This document shows positions 13,164-25,356 of a stretch of DNA of 64,000 nt, one piece after another (position 1 is the stretch's first letter; each line of letters begins with the position of its first letter). Both the position numbers and the translations under genes were made by a program. The notes under the pieces were generated by a model, which saw only the letters and a list, made by a program, of their open reading frames with translations, searched no databases and had not been told where the DNA came from. Source of the stretch: Raja brachyura (taxonomy: Eukaryota). The stretch spans positions 4,960,001 through 5,024,000 of the forward strand of contig OY740790.1 in NCBI GenBank assembly GCA_963514005.1, in the 5' to 3' direction.

Positions 13164-14162
13164 TTATCTTTTTAAAGCAGTCTCATCAATTTATCCCTTT
13201 GTTCCCCACTTTAATCCTTTCTGATATGCCTTCTTTCTCATTCTAAACTCAATTTCTTACTTCTCAGATAGTTTACCCTCCTTTGCAAATGTATTCACCT
13301 TTCTTTTAAAATCTTCCACTGACTCCTCCTGATTTATTACATTCACACCTGTCGTTTCCTCCTTCTGTTACCTCCTCACTGCCTCTCTCTCCTTTCCTCT
13401 CTAAACTGCTTAAGTATATCTAATTGCTTTCCTCTCCCCTTTTCCCACCTTTCCAATTTATCTGTGACATATAATTTGTAATTTTCCAAATTAACTTTAC
13501 TGAAAATAAATCTATAGAAACATAAGCAAAACCAAGCAACCTTCATTTTCCAACTTTCCCCTTTTAAGTTGCAATGCGTTGTTCGTTACCTTACAGCTGT
13601 TCGTAACTTTCCTAATTGCTTACAATTTCTTAAAGGAACACACGCACACACCCTTACAGCATGTGGCCGACAACAAACAAAAGATCACATATATGAACTT
13701 TCTCATTCATTCAAAACCGGTTTTTACACACAAATCACATTCGTTCCATTCTTACTTCAAAGAAATTATGCAATTTTCTACACAGATTCAAGTTTCAAAA
13801 TTAACATTTATATAATTCTTATCTCCCCTTTTAAGTTAAAGTAGGATGGTCTAATCCCCCATCAATCAGGTTCCTGAGCGTTGTGATTGGATAGTGATTC
13901 ACATCGTGATTAGTCAGACTCACCGTCACTCAAATTCTAACCACACCCCACTAAGATCACAACCATTCAAAATCCTAGTCACTCAACATCTGACCACACC
14001 CCACTCCCATTAATCTCCAAACAAAGAAGCTCATTTTGTCTCGATCTCTCAGCAGAGAGAATGCAGCAATTTTATCTCCACAGTCAAGAAACGCAGTCCT
14101 TACACCTCCTCTGTCCTCGTAGTCACTATATTACATTATTCTTATTGCAATTCTACTTTCTG

Positions 14163-14530
14163 CTATTCTACAATATTTTGCATCAACTCCTCATGTACCT
14201 GACCAATCTGTATATGAGTTCCTTCTATAGATTTAATGAAACAACTCACAACAACAATATTTCTTTCAAGTGCTTAAGATGAGCTTCTTCAATTTCCTGA
14301 AATTTCTTTGAGGTTTCTGTCAATTTTTGTTCAAAATCTGTTTTTCCACATATAATTTATAGTTTTCTGTAGCTTTTTTTTAGATGTGACAGTTCCCTTT
14401 TCTATTTATTTCTGTGTTGCTCCTTCCTTTTTAACTTTTCGTACTCAAAACATTTGGCACTGTGATTTTCCTTAGATTTTTGCAATGTTTGAGTGATACT
14501 CTGAATATTCTGTACAGCATCCAAAGTGCC
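14163..14530 (-). pseudogene. FCHO2: Captured intronless FCHO1/2 F-BAR domain fragment inside provirus B
   Basis: Manual translation across frameshifts gives [117 protein letters not shown], matching my recollection of vertebrate FCHO2 F-BAR helices. Confidence 0.85.
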
Positions 14531-14731
14531 CAATCCGCATTATTGGTTCCTTTGGTTAATCAAAATAACAGAACTTAATCATAGTCTCTTTATCTTTACC
14601 CCCGGGGCTTCCTTCTCCCCAAGATTGCCACATTCGCCCCAATGGACTATCAGGCAGAATGTGCGGCTCTTCACCTTTGAGCCTTTTTCTTTCCCCCCCG
14701 GACTCTTACTTTTCCCGTTCCGGTTATCCAT
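14531..14731 (-). pseudogene. Second, diverged gag matrix-like segment in provirus B
   Basis: ATG at 14731, then (after one frameshift) PHILPDSPLGRMWQSWGEGSPGGKDKETMIKFCYFD*PKEPI, versus gag RILPNSPLGRMLNHWGAGNTQGLEKTTMIRYCYFEWAKHPI. Confidence 0.85.
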
Positions 14732-14883
14732 TGTCTTATCGGACTATTCCCGTCCGACAGAACCCTGACCTCTCAGGGTGGTATCCACAAGGAGTTAAAC
14801 TGCCTCCATTGTCTTATCGGACTATTCCCGTCCAACAGACCCCTGACCTCTCAGGGTGGTATCCACGAGGAGTTAAACTGCCT
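14727..14883. repeat. 78-bp direct tandem repeat (2 copies)
   Basis: TCCATTGTCTTATCGGACTATTCCCG... starts at 14727 and again at 14805. Confidence 0.9.
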
Positions 14884-14911
14884 CTCTCTCCTTTAATAAT
14901 TATTTCCCGCT

Positions 14912-15191
14912 TCCCATACTGCGGCATACTTGATCTCTTCTATTATTGGATTGGGTTTATTCTTCACATTTTCATTCAATGCCTGTTGTACCCAATCCTC
15001 ATCTGACTCATCCTCTGGCCACCAGACCGAAGCTCCTTTATCGGGTGTTTTGGCCATTCAAAATAACAATACCTTATCATTGTTGTCTTCTCCGACCCCT
15101 GGGTATTTCCTGCCCCCCAGTGGTTCAGCATTCGCCCCCAACGGACTATTAGGCAGAATGCTGGGATGGGTTTTTCACTTACATTTCCCAT
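14912..15191 (-). pseudogene. gag: gag MA remnant of provirus B
   Basis: MGNVSEKP...KTTMIRYCYFEWPKHPIK, homologous to A' 7560-7870. Confidence 0.88.
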
Positions 15192-15599
15192 TATCTTGAT
15201 CGGAATTCCTCTCCGATCTTTTATCAAATCGCCCAGGTAATACTATAATAGTCAAAGTTTCTTACCGGGGTCTGTGCACAGAATTACTCGATTTTCGCGA
15301 TTTCCAACCAATCTCCAACCACCTTCACTTCTTTGCTGAGTCTCTGTTTGGTCCGGCCATCACTCGCTCAAACCTTCTGACGGTAAGCAAGGAGTCTGAG
15401 ACCGCTGAACTCAGCGGGGTGCACCTTCTCTTCGTCCGTGTACCCCCGTCAGCTGGCCTGGAGTAATTAAATCCCGGAACCGAGCCCCCAAATTGTGAGA
15501 TATAAAAAAATCACAAATGCTGTTTGAGACAAAGTCAGCAAAGAAGCTTTTATTAAGATAATATTCTGCAGAATAGTTGCCTCTCCTTTGCTGTCCCCT

Positions 15600-16069
15600 A
15601 GACATGGTTGATTTAAACTAGGAATAGAAAAAATGTAGCTTAGAAAGAAATAAGGTTTCAACAAAGCCAGACTGTTAGTGGGATAGAAAGTCACGACAGA
15701 TAGAGAGAACTTTGAGATAGAAAGTAACGACAGATAGAACAGAGCACAGAGAGAAATTTGAGATAAAAAGTAGCAAATAGATAGAACCTTCAGTATAAGC
15801 CTTTGACGTCAGGAGATGTTCCGAGGCGTTCCTGGACTTTCTCGTGGGAATGTGGGCTTTATGTTATAATTAAAAAGAGGCAAAATGGTGAGAAAAGAGG
15901 GTGTGGCTATAATGTAATGAAATGTATAAAGATAGAATACATCCCGACCCTCGGTGTGCCTCTAGGGGGCAGCAAAGGAGAGGCACCTATTCTGCAGAAT
16001 ATTATCTTAATAAAAGCTTCTTTGCTGACTTTGTCTCAAACAGCGTTTGTGATTTTTTTATATCTCACA
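15600..16069 (+). repeat. 3' LTR of provirus A' (5'-truncated)
   Basis: LTR sequence ending TCTCACA, followed by the same flank (ATTACAATAGAC...) as LTR 5167-5613. Confidence 0.9.
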
Positions 16070-18495
16070 ATTACAATAGACGATAGACAATAGACATTAG
16101 GTACAGGAGCAGGCCATTCGGCCCTTCGAGCCAGCACCGCTATTCAATGTGATCATGGCTGATCATCCCCAATCACTACCCCATTCCTGCCTTCTCCCCT
16201 TTTCCCCTGACTCCGCTATTTTTAAGAGCCCGATCTAGCTCTCTCTTGAAAGCATCCGGAGAACCTGCCTCCACCGCCCTCTGAGGCAGACAATTCCACA
16301 GACCAATTCAAGACAGTGATAACTGGAGAGCACTTTTCAAAAATCTACATAAAGACATCCTAATAAATAATATAAATTTAAATTATTCTCATATCAAATA
16401 AAAACTCCAAACATTAGAAACAATAATTAAAGATTATCAAAATCCTCTTGATTTCCAAATTACTTTGGAAGAATTGACCATAAAAATAAAATCTCTCCAT
16501 TCAAAGAAAGCCAGCAATGAAATGAAAAGCTCAAATACAGCATTCCGGTGATGTACAGCATAGGCTGTTCAACATCTCACTACGTTCAGGTTATTTCCCT
16601 GATATTTTGTGTCAAGGGTTTATTTCGCCCATTTATAAGAGTGGAAACAAATTAGACCCAAATAATTATTGTGGGAGCTGTGTCAATAGCTGCCTAGGGA
16701 AGTTGTTCTGTAGTATCATAAATAACAGAATGCAGGATTTCCTTAACATATACAACATTCTCAGTAAAAATCAAATTGGCTTCCTCCCAAAACACCGTAC
16801 CACTGACTAAATCTATGCGCTCCACACTCTCATTGAATAACATATACTCCAAGCAAAAAAATGGAAAAATATTTGCCTGGTTTATTGACTTTGAGAAAGC
16901 ATTTGGCACGAAGGGCTCTATTACAAACTTCTCTGTTGTGGTATAGGAGGAAAGGTATATGACCTTATCAAATCAATGTATCTGAATAATAAATATGACA
17001 TTAAAATTGTGGAAAATGCACTGATCTCTTCGCCCAGAGAAGAGGTCCGGCAAGGCTGCAATCCGANNNNNNNNNNNNNNNNNNNNNNNNNNNNNNNNNN
17101 NNNNNNNNNNNNNNNNNNNNNNNNNNNNNNNNNNNNNNNNNNNNNNNNNNNNNNNNNNNNNNNNNNNNNNNNNNNNNNNNNNNNNNNNNNNNNNNNNNNN
17201 NNNGTCCTGCACTGACCTCAGGGTCAGGGGTCAGATGAGTGCGGTTAGAGGGCGGGTGGTCAGAGTGAATGACTTCCCCGAGATCACGACCACACTGGTA
17301 TTCTGACCTAGGCCAGGGTCAGAGGTAAAGTGGTGGGGGTCAGGGTTAAAGGGCTGGGATGCCCTGACTTGCCTCGGACGAGGGGTGAGGTCAGGTTTCA
17401 GTCAGAATGTGTAAGGTCAGGGGTCAGCAGGTGCTGCAGTGAGTTTGGGGGGGTGGTTTCGTGGTTGAGGGTCGCTGTCAGGGTGAGAGGTCAGTGCGGG
17501 GGAGGGGCAGTTGTAACTGGTTCCACTGAGGAATAAAGGTCATTCACCCATCAGCCGTCTCCTGTCTCCTTCACACTCGCTCCGCCAAGCCGACCTTACT
17601 CTTTAATGCTGAGCAACCATTTCTTAACAAGAAACACCAACTGCAAAGTCCATGCAGATTCAGATTCAATGGAAAGGTCGCAAGTGATAGGAGTAGAATT
17701 AGGCCATTCGGCCCATCAAGTCTACTCCGTAATTTAATCACGGCTGATCTATCTTTCCCTTTCTCCATTTTCCTGCCTACTCACCATAACCCCTGACATC
17801 CGTTGTAATCAAAAATGTATTTATCTCTGACTTAAAAAGGCCGTTGACCTGGCCGTCCATGGCCGTCTGTGACAATGGGTCCCACAGATTCACCACCCTC
17901 TGACTAAATAAATTCCTCCTCATCTCCCTCCTAAAGGAACGTCCTTTCACTATCTCCCACTAATGGAAACATTGTGAAAGTGGCCTTTCACAAAGTAATG
18001 ACCATTTATTAAAGATGTGGCAAACAAAGTTAGACACAAAAAGCTGGAGTAACTCAGCGGGACAGGCAGTATCTCTGGAGAGAAGGAACGGGTGATGTTT
18101 CGGCTTGAGACCCTTCCTCAGACAGTCGAGAGAGGGTCTCGACATGAAACATCACCCAATCCTTCTCTTCAGGGATGCTGCCTGCCCTGCTGGGTTACTC
18201 CAGCATTTTGTGTCAATCTTCAGTGTAAACCAGCATCTACAACTCACAGTGCCCAGAGCAAAACATAATAGATGGTGCCCTCCCCTAATTCCCCATTTTT
18301 TGGTGCCCTCCCCTAATTCTCCACTGTAGAGAAACAGACCCTTCTGCCCTCCAAGTGCACGCTGACCATAGTTTTTTATAAATTACACTGTTGTGCAGGG
18401 AATAGATAAGAAAGTGGGATAACCTAGTTAGCTTGAGTTAACGTACAAACACGTATGTCTTTGAGAAGTGGGAGGAAACCAGAGCACCTGGACAA

Positions 18496-18836
18496 ATCAT
18501 CATCATCATTGGCCGTCACTCGAAACGAGTATGACTGCCCTCTCCTCCCCATAGGGACGTCCACTTATGGGTCTGCAGATGTCTGTAGAGGCCGATCCGC
18601 GATCCACACACTGTGGTGTAATGTGGGCAGTGGAGACTGGCGGTAGTTGGTAGTCGTCGTGCTACCTTCTCTCTCTCCTCTACGATGCTGTCGCTTTGTC
18701 TCTGCGACACGCCGTAGTTTCATTTTGTGACGAGCAGCTCCTTCCTGCACGGATTTCCTCCAGGAGTGCCTGTCCAGTGCAATGAGCTCCCAGTTGCTTG
18801 ATGTGGTGTGGAATTTCTTCAGGCTGTTCCTGGACA
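18496..18836 (-). mobile_element. RTE-clade LINE 3' fragment
   Basis: WELIALDRHSWRKSV...C..CGSRIGLYRHLQTH and a (TGA)n tail. Confidence 0.75.
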
Positions 18837-21800
18837 AAATTCACGCGGTCACAGGGAGAACATACAAACTTCACACACAGCATCTGAGGTCAGGATCATA
18901 CCCGAGTCTATGAGGCAGCAGCTCTACCTGCTGCATCACTGTGTAACCCTATTAAAGGGAAGTACATATGGACACTGACTTGATTTGAACCTGTGATCTT
19001 TGTTTACAAGATGTTAAAGTTGGCAGTTGCCTTACCAAATTGTAAGATGGGAGATGGGAGACCAGTGTCAGTGCAGACATTCGTGGAGCGAGCAGAGGCC
19101 GGTGGCATTGTAAGGCCCTCGTTTGTTCCAACGTCCTGTCTTGAAAGACGGTTGAAATGTGAGGGTGGAAGAGAGTCTGGCTGGTGAGCAACAGATGCTG
19201 TGTGTTGGCTGCTGTCATGCTGTTGTGGAACATGGAAGATGTTGTCTTGAGAGACAGAAAGGGAGAGGCAAAAACGGAGAGAGACAGACAGAGGGACAGA
19301 GAGAGACAGAAACAGACAGAGGTAGAGACAGACAGACAGAGACAGTGAGCGACACCGAGACAGAGAGAGAAAGCTTGACAGGTACTGAGATAGAGAGAGA
19401 GAGATGTATAATCGAGCGAAAAAGGCAGACTGTTGCAGTATATTATACAGAGGAAGGCAGAGGAATCATTGTGAGCGCCAGTGCATGGAGCAGGAAGAGA
19501 GAAAGAGAGAGGACAAGGAGGTAGATGGAATGAAGGTGTGCAAAGGCAGTGTGAGTGGGCTGGGTGTGGTATGTAGTATTAACACTGGTCTGTATTGTTT
19601 TTGGCCTCTCTGTATTGTGGTTCAGTAGGGATACACTGGCACAATGTTCCAGTGAATTATGTAATTCATAAGTTGGGTCTGTGATCTGGAGACCGTGTCC
19701 CCACCACACCACAGCGGTGAGGAGTTTAAAGTCAGTTCATTAAATCTGTGCTATTAAAGGCCCTTATTCTGTTGTTGTGACATTGGGAAAGAGATCATTT
19801 AAGAAGGAACTGCAGATGCTGGAAAAATCGAAGGTAGACAAAAATGCAGGAGAAACTCAGCGGGTGAGGCAGCATCTGTGGAGCGAAGGAATAGGTGACC
19901 TTTCGGGTCGAGATCCTTCTTCAGACTGATGTGGGGGTGGGGGGGGGGCGGGAAGAAGAAGAAAGGAAGAGGTGGAGACAATGGGCTGTGGGAGAGTTGG
20001 GAAGGGGAGGGGAAAGAGGGGGAAAGCATGGAGTACCTGAAATTGGAGAAGTCAATGTTCATACTGCTATTTCAGGTAGTCCTTGCTTTCTCCCTCTTTC
20101 TGACATCTTCCCAATAACATTGTGCCCAAAACTGAACACAATACTCTAAATGTGGTCCCATCAATTACTTAGAAAATAGACAATAGACAATAGGTGCAGG
20201 AGTAGGCCATTCGGCCCTTTGAGCCAGCCCGGCCATTCAATGTGATCATGGTTGATCATCCACAATCAGTAGCCCATTCCTGCCTCCTCCGCATATCCCC
20301 TAACTCCGCTATTTTTAAGAGCCCTGTCCAGCTCTCTCTGGAAAATATCCAGAGAACCTGCCTTCACCGCCCTCTGAGGCAGAGATTTCGAACATGACCT
20401 CTCAACCTCTATACTCAATACTCTGACTGATGAAACCCAATGTATCAAAAGTCTTTTTGACCACCCTATCTACCTGCGACTCCACCTTCAAGGATCCATG
20501 CGCCTGTACTCCTAGATCCCTCTGCTCTATAACACTCCCCGGAGGCCTACCATTGTCTGGTCATGTCCCCAATGTCTTTTCCCCGAGGTGTGTTCCTCCA
20601 ATACCCGGCCCCGTGGGGTTTCCTGCAATGTCTGGCCCTCGGACCTACGCCATTTGGATCAGGTGCTGGTGTTGACTCTTCAGTATCTGTGTATCCTATT
20701 CTAAACCTGTCCATGTACTCCTCTCCTGATGCGTTTCAGCCAAGTATCTGGTGTATTTGGTGCACGCATAGAGTCATAGATTAATACAGTGTGGAAACAG
20801 GCCCTCCCACCTAACACGCCCACACCGGCCAACAATGTCCCAGCTACCCTAGTCCCACTTGCCTGCACTTGGTCCATATCCCTCCAAACCTGTCCTATCC
20901 ATGTACGTGTCCAACTGTTTCTTAAACAATGGTCTACCTCCTCTGGCAGCTTGTTCCATACACCCACCACCCTCTGTGTGGAATAGTTACCCCTCAGATT
21001 CCTTTTAAATCTTTTCCACTTCACCTTGAACCCATGTCCACTGGTCCTCGATTCCGCTACTCTGGGTAAAAGACTTTGTGCATCTACCCGATCTATTCCT
21101 CTCATGAGTTTGTACATCTCTACAGGATCACCCCTTATCCTCCTACGCTCCATAGAATAGAGACCCAGCCTGCTCAACCTCTCCCTATAGCTCACACCCT
21201 CTAGTCCTGGCAACATCCTTGTAAATTCCTGGCAACATCCTCGTAAAAATCCTGGCAACATCCTCAGCTGAAATCCTTAAAGTGACGAGTAAAGTGATGA
21301 ACTCCAAACATTTCATGTTCTTGTTATTTTCTTTTATTTATGTATCTAATTTCAAATGAAAAGATTTATTTGGCATTTATAAATGAATACATTTTTACAA
21401 GAATTTATTTATCTCTGCCTTCAAAAGGCTATTGACTTGGCCTCCATGGCCATCTGTGGCAATGAGTCCCACAGATTCACCACCCTCTTACTTAATAAAT
21501 TCTTCCTCATCTCCTTCCTAAAGGAGCGTCCTTTCACTATCTCCCACTAGCGGAAACATTGCGAAAGTGGCCTTTCATAAAGTAATGACCATTTATTAAA
21601 GACGGGGCAAACAAAGTTAGACACAAAAAGCTGGAGTAACTCAGCGGGACAGGCAGTATCTCTGGAGGGAAGGAACGGGTGATGTTTCGGGTCGAGACCC
21701 TTTTCAGACAGTGTGAAGAGGGTCTCGACCTGAAACATCACCCATTCCTTCTCTCCAGAGATGCTGCCTGCCCTGCTGGGTTACTCCAGCATTTTGTGTG

Positions 21801-22872
21801 TATCTTTGGTGTAAACCAGCATCTACAGCTCACAGTTCCCAGAGCAAACAAACATAATAGATGGTGCCCTCCCCTAATTCCCCATTTGGTGGTGCCCTCC
21901 CCTAATTCTCCATTGTAGGAAAACAGGCCCTTCGGCCCTCCAAGTGCACGATGACCATAGTTAGTGTAAATTACACTGTTGTGCAGGGAATAGATAAGAA
22001 AGTGGGATAACCTAGATAGCTTGATTTAACAAACAAACCCGTATGTCTTTGAGAAGTGTGAGGAAACCAGAGCACCTGGCGGGATTTGAACCTGTGATCT
22101 TTGTTTACAAGATGTTAAAGTTGGCACAGTTGCCTTACCAAATTGCCACAGTTATAATCTGAATCAGCACAAAATATACCCAGTAGTTGTTTTAAAATTT
22201 GAAAAACATCCTCCCACTCCCACTCTCTGTCTGAATCATATAAAATAGGTACAGGAGTAGGCCATTCGGCCCTTCGAGCCAGCACAGCCATTGAATATGA
22301 TCATGGTTGATCATCTAAAATCAGTACCCTGTTCCTGCATTTCCCCTTATCCCTTGATTCCCTTAGCCCTAAGAGCTAAATCTCTTGAGAAGAAGGGTCT
22401 CGACCCAAAACGTCACCCACTCCTTCTATCCAGAGCTGCAGCCTGTCCCGCCGAGTTACTCCAGCATTTTGTGTCTATCTTCGGAGTAAACCAGATAGAC
22501 TGCAGTTCTGCAGTCTGCACTTCCTTCCTGCACATTTTTGACTGAGGGGAAAGAAGCAGAGACATAAAGCAGAAGTCAAGGCTGTTATTTTCAAGCAGTG
22601 AAGTGTGGGAAATATACTGGAGGAGTGGCAGCACTTCTGGAGGAAAAATCAGAGGAGATGGGAGACCAGTGTCAGTGCAGACATTCCTGGAGTGAGCAGC
22701 GGCCAGTGGCATTATAAGGCCCTCGTCTGTTCCAACGTCCTGTCTTTAAAGACGGTTGAAATGTGAGGGTGGAAGAGAGTCTGGCTGCTGAGCAACAGAT
22801 GCTGTGTGTTGGCTGCTGTCATGCTGTTGTGGAACATAGAAGATGTCGTCTTGAGAGACAGAAAGGGAGAGG

Positions 22873-23500
22873 CTTTCGGACTTCCGGACTTAAATTTGAT
22901 TCTTACAGTAAATCAAAGAAATTTCTTTGATTACTGTTTGATAATTGGGAAAAAAATTATATTGACATTTTGGAAGAGAACATTATCCCCCACAATCAAA
23001 ATGTGGGCAGCAGAGATGTTGGAGACGTTACATTTGGAAAGAATTAGATTTGTCCTATTGGACAAATATAATTCCTTCGAACAGATATGGTCTCCATACA
23101 TACAGTATTTAGAGGAGTAGCTGTTCTTGGCAACACAGCTCGGCGGGCACCCTACGGGATTTGATGAGAATAATTCATTTTCATATTGGGATTAGTATAC
23201 TCTTATTGATATTATATTTGTAATAGTTTTATTAATAATACATACTGTTGTTTTTCATTATATATATATAATATTTTTTCACTTTTTTGTTAACCTTTTT
23301 CTTTTCTTTTTTCTCTTTTCCTTCTTATATATAATCAAATTATTATTTAATCACACTCTTAATGATTTATAATTGCTCTATTCTTTCTCTATCTTTATTT
23401 CTAAAAAAAATAGAAGATAAGTATTATTAATGTTTTAGTTATATAAAAATTGAATTAAGTTGATGTTTGTAAAGTGGTTTAAAACATTGTAATTGATTAA
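22873..23500 (+). mobile_element. L1-clade LINE 3' end (ORF2 C-terminus and AT-rich 3' UTR)
   Basis: GKKIILTFWK...PTIKMW...LHLERIRF...FEQIWSPYI, typical of fish L1 ORF2 C-termini. Confidence 0.75.
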
Positions 23501-24831
23501 NNNNNNNNNNNNNNNNNNNNNNNNNNNNNNNNNNNNNNNNNNNNNNNNNNNNNNNNNNNNNNNNNNNNNNNNNNNNNNNNNNNNNNNNNNNNNNNNNNNN
23601 NNNNNNNNNNNNNNNNNNNNNNNNNNNNNNNNNNNNNNNNNNNNNNNNNNNNATAATCGAGCGAAAAAGGCAGACTGTTGCAATGTGTTATAAAGTGGAA
23701 GGCAGAGAAATCATTGTGAATGCCAGTGTATGGAGCAGGAGAGAGAAAGAGAGAGGACAAGAAGGGAGATGGAATGAAGGAGTGCAAAGGCAGTGTGAGT
23801 GGGCTGGGTGTGGTATGCAGTATTAACACTGGTCTGTATTGTTGTTGGCCTCTCTGTATTGTGGTTCAGTAGGGATACACTGGCACAATGTTCCAGTGAA
23901 TGATGTCATTCAGAAGCTGGGTCTGTGATCTGGAGACCGTGTCCCCACCACACCACAGCGGTGAGGAGTTAAAAGTCAGTTCATTAAATCTGTGCTATTA
24001 AAGGCCTGTGTCTGTAGTTGTGACATTGGGAAAGAGGTTGTTTAAGAAGGAACTGCAGATGCTGGAAAAACCGAAGGTAGACAATAATGCTGGAGAAAAT
24101 CAGTGAGTGAGGCAGCATCTGTGGAGCGAAGGAATAGGTGACCTTTCGGGTCGAGATCCTTCTTCAGACTGATGTGGGGGTGATCAGATTACCTTTATTG
24201 TCATACAGACCTTTCGGTCTGAACAAAATTTTGTGCCTGCAGTCATACATATATTAAAATTAACAAAAACACACAATAAACACAAATTTAACATCCACCA
24301 CAGTGAGTTCACCAAACACCTTCTCACTGTGATGGAAGGCAAAAGTCTTAGTATTTGTCTCTTCCCTCCTTGATTTCCCTCTGCGCTGAGGCGATCCAGG
24401 CCTCGGATGTTGTGAGCCGCTGGGTGTTGGTAAGTGAGTCAGTCCCGCGGCTGAGGGGGGGCGGGAAGAAAAAGAAAGGAAGAGGCGGAGACAATGGGCT
24501 GTGGGAGAGTTGGAAAGGGGAGGGGAAAGAGGGAGAAAGCATGGACTACCTGAAATTGGAGAAGTCGATGTTCATACCGCTATTTCAGGTAGTCCTTGCT
24601 TTCTCCCTCTTTCTGACATCTTCCCAATAAAATTGTGCCCAAAACTGAACACAACACTCTAAATGTGGTCCCATCAATGACTTTGAAAATAGACAATAGA
24701 CAATAGGTGCAGGAATAGGCCATTTGGCCCTTTGAGCCAGTCAGGTCCTGGCAACATCCACAGCTGAAGTCCCTAAAGTGATGAGTAAAGTGATGATCAA
24801 CTCCAAACATTTCATGTTCTTGTTATTTTCT

Positions 24832-24837
24832 TTTATT
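24832..24837 (-). terminator. Candidate polyadenylation signal for the membrane IgW transcript
   Basis: AATAAA on the minus strand ~500 nt after the TM2 stop. Confidence 0.45.
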
Positions 24838-25344
24838 TATGTATCTAATTTCAAATGAAAACATGCAGTTCAGCAGAAAAATTAAAAATAAGCTGCAGAC
24901 AATGAGTTAAACAACATCTGCTTTACAAAATCCGATTGAGCAAGTCCCCAAGCATCGCACCCCCCCCTCCACCACATTGCTTCCCCTCCCCATGCCCCCT
25001 TGCTCCACAATATCAGTGCATCCCTCCCCCTCCCACATTCCCCTCTTCTCTTTCACTCATCACATTCCCATCCCCTGCTCCCCATTACCAAATATTAATC
25101 CTGCCTTCCCCGCCCCTTCCCCCCCCCCACCCCCCCCCCCCACCCCACCCAACCTCGCTCAGTTCCAACCAGTTTCTTCCCCAGCATCCCAGTGCATTTC
25201 CAAGTTTATCTCCTGAAATGAGCGTTTGCAGAGCAGTAGCCTCGGATTGCCGAGTGAGTGAGTGAAGGACAGGGAGACTCCATTTGCTAACGTCAGCAGC
25301 TGCATGGCGATCTCTTGAGTGAATGTGGCATGTGTGTCGGCTGG

Positions 25345-25356
25345 TCATTGCTGCAC
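25345..25356 (-). CDS. IgW TM2 exon (cytoplasmic tail VQQ*)
   Basis: ctgac...tttcctgtgtatattacag|GTG CAG CAA TGA; phase 0 matches the TM1 donor and gives a KVQQ tail. Confidence 0.6.
   Translation of the reverse strand: MQQ

Larger units (their letters stand above)
9592..15602 (-). mobile_element. Provirus B, inverted and nested in A'; non-autonomous (MA, MA2/FCHO segment, IN, env)
   Basis: Partial 5' LTR 15494-15602, PBS 15471-15490, gag ATG 15191, pol 3' part from 13163, env 11942-10070, 3' LTR 9592-10033. Confidence 0.93.
17820..24865. repeat. Old tandem duplication of a ~3.5-kb unit (17820-21400 and 21410-24865)
   Basis: Colinear similar blocks: 17823/21411, 18983/22083, 19408/23653, 21250/24746; copy-specific TE insertions. 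Confidence 0.8.

Noticed and set aside
3351-14560. APOBEC-style hypermutation (apparent TGG-to-TGA/TAA stops at 3351, 4539, ~14557)
   Set aside because: Too few sites; many other TGG codons are intact
17204-17530. Cluster of GGGTCA/AGGTCA motifs as nuclear-receptor sites
   Set aside because: Looks like a degenerate simple repeat next to an assembly gap; no supporting context
19250-19405. Arg/Glu/Thr-rich ORF 19159-19524
   Set aside because: Translation of a (GA/GACA)n low-complexity tract
6651-23829. ORFs containing X runs
   Set aside because: Artefacts of the N-gaps
24936-25265. Proline-rich ORF
   Set aside because: C-rich low-complexity sequence, antisense to the presumed TM 3' UTR
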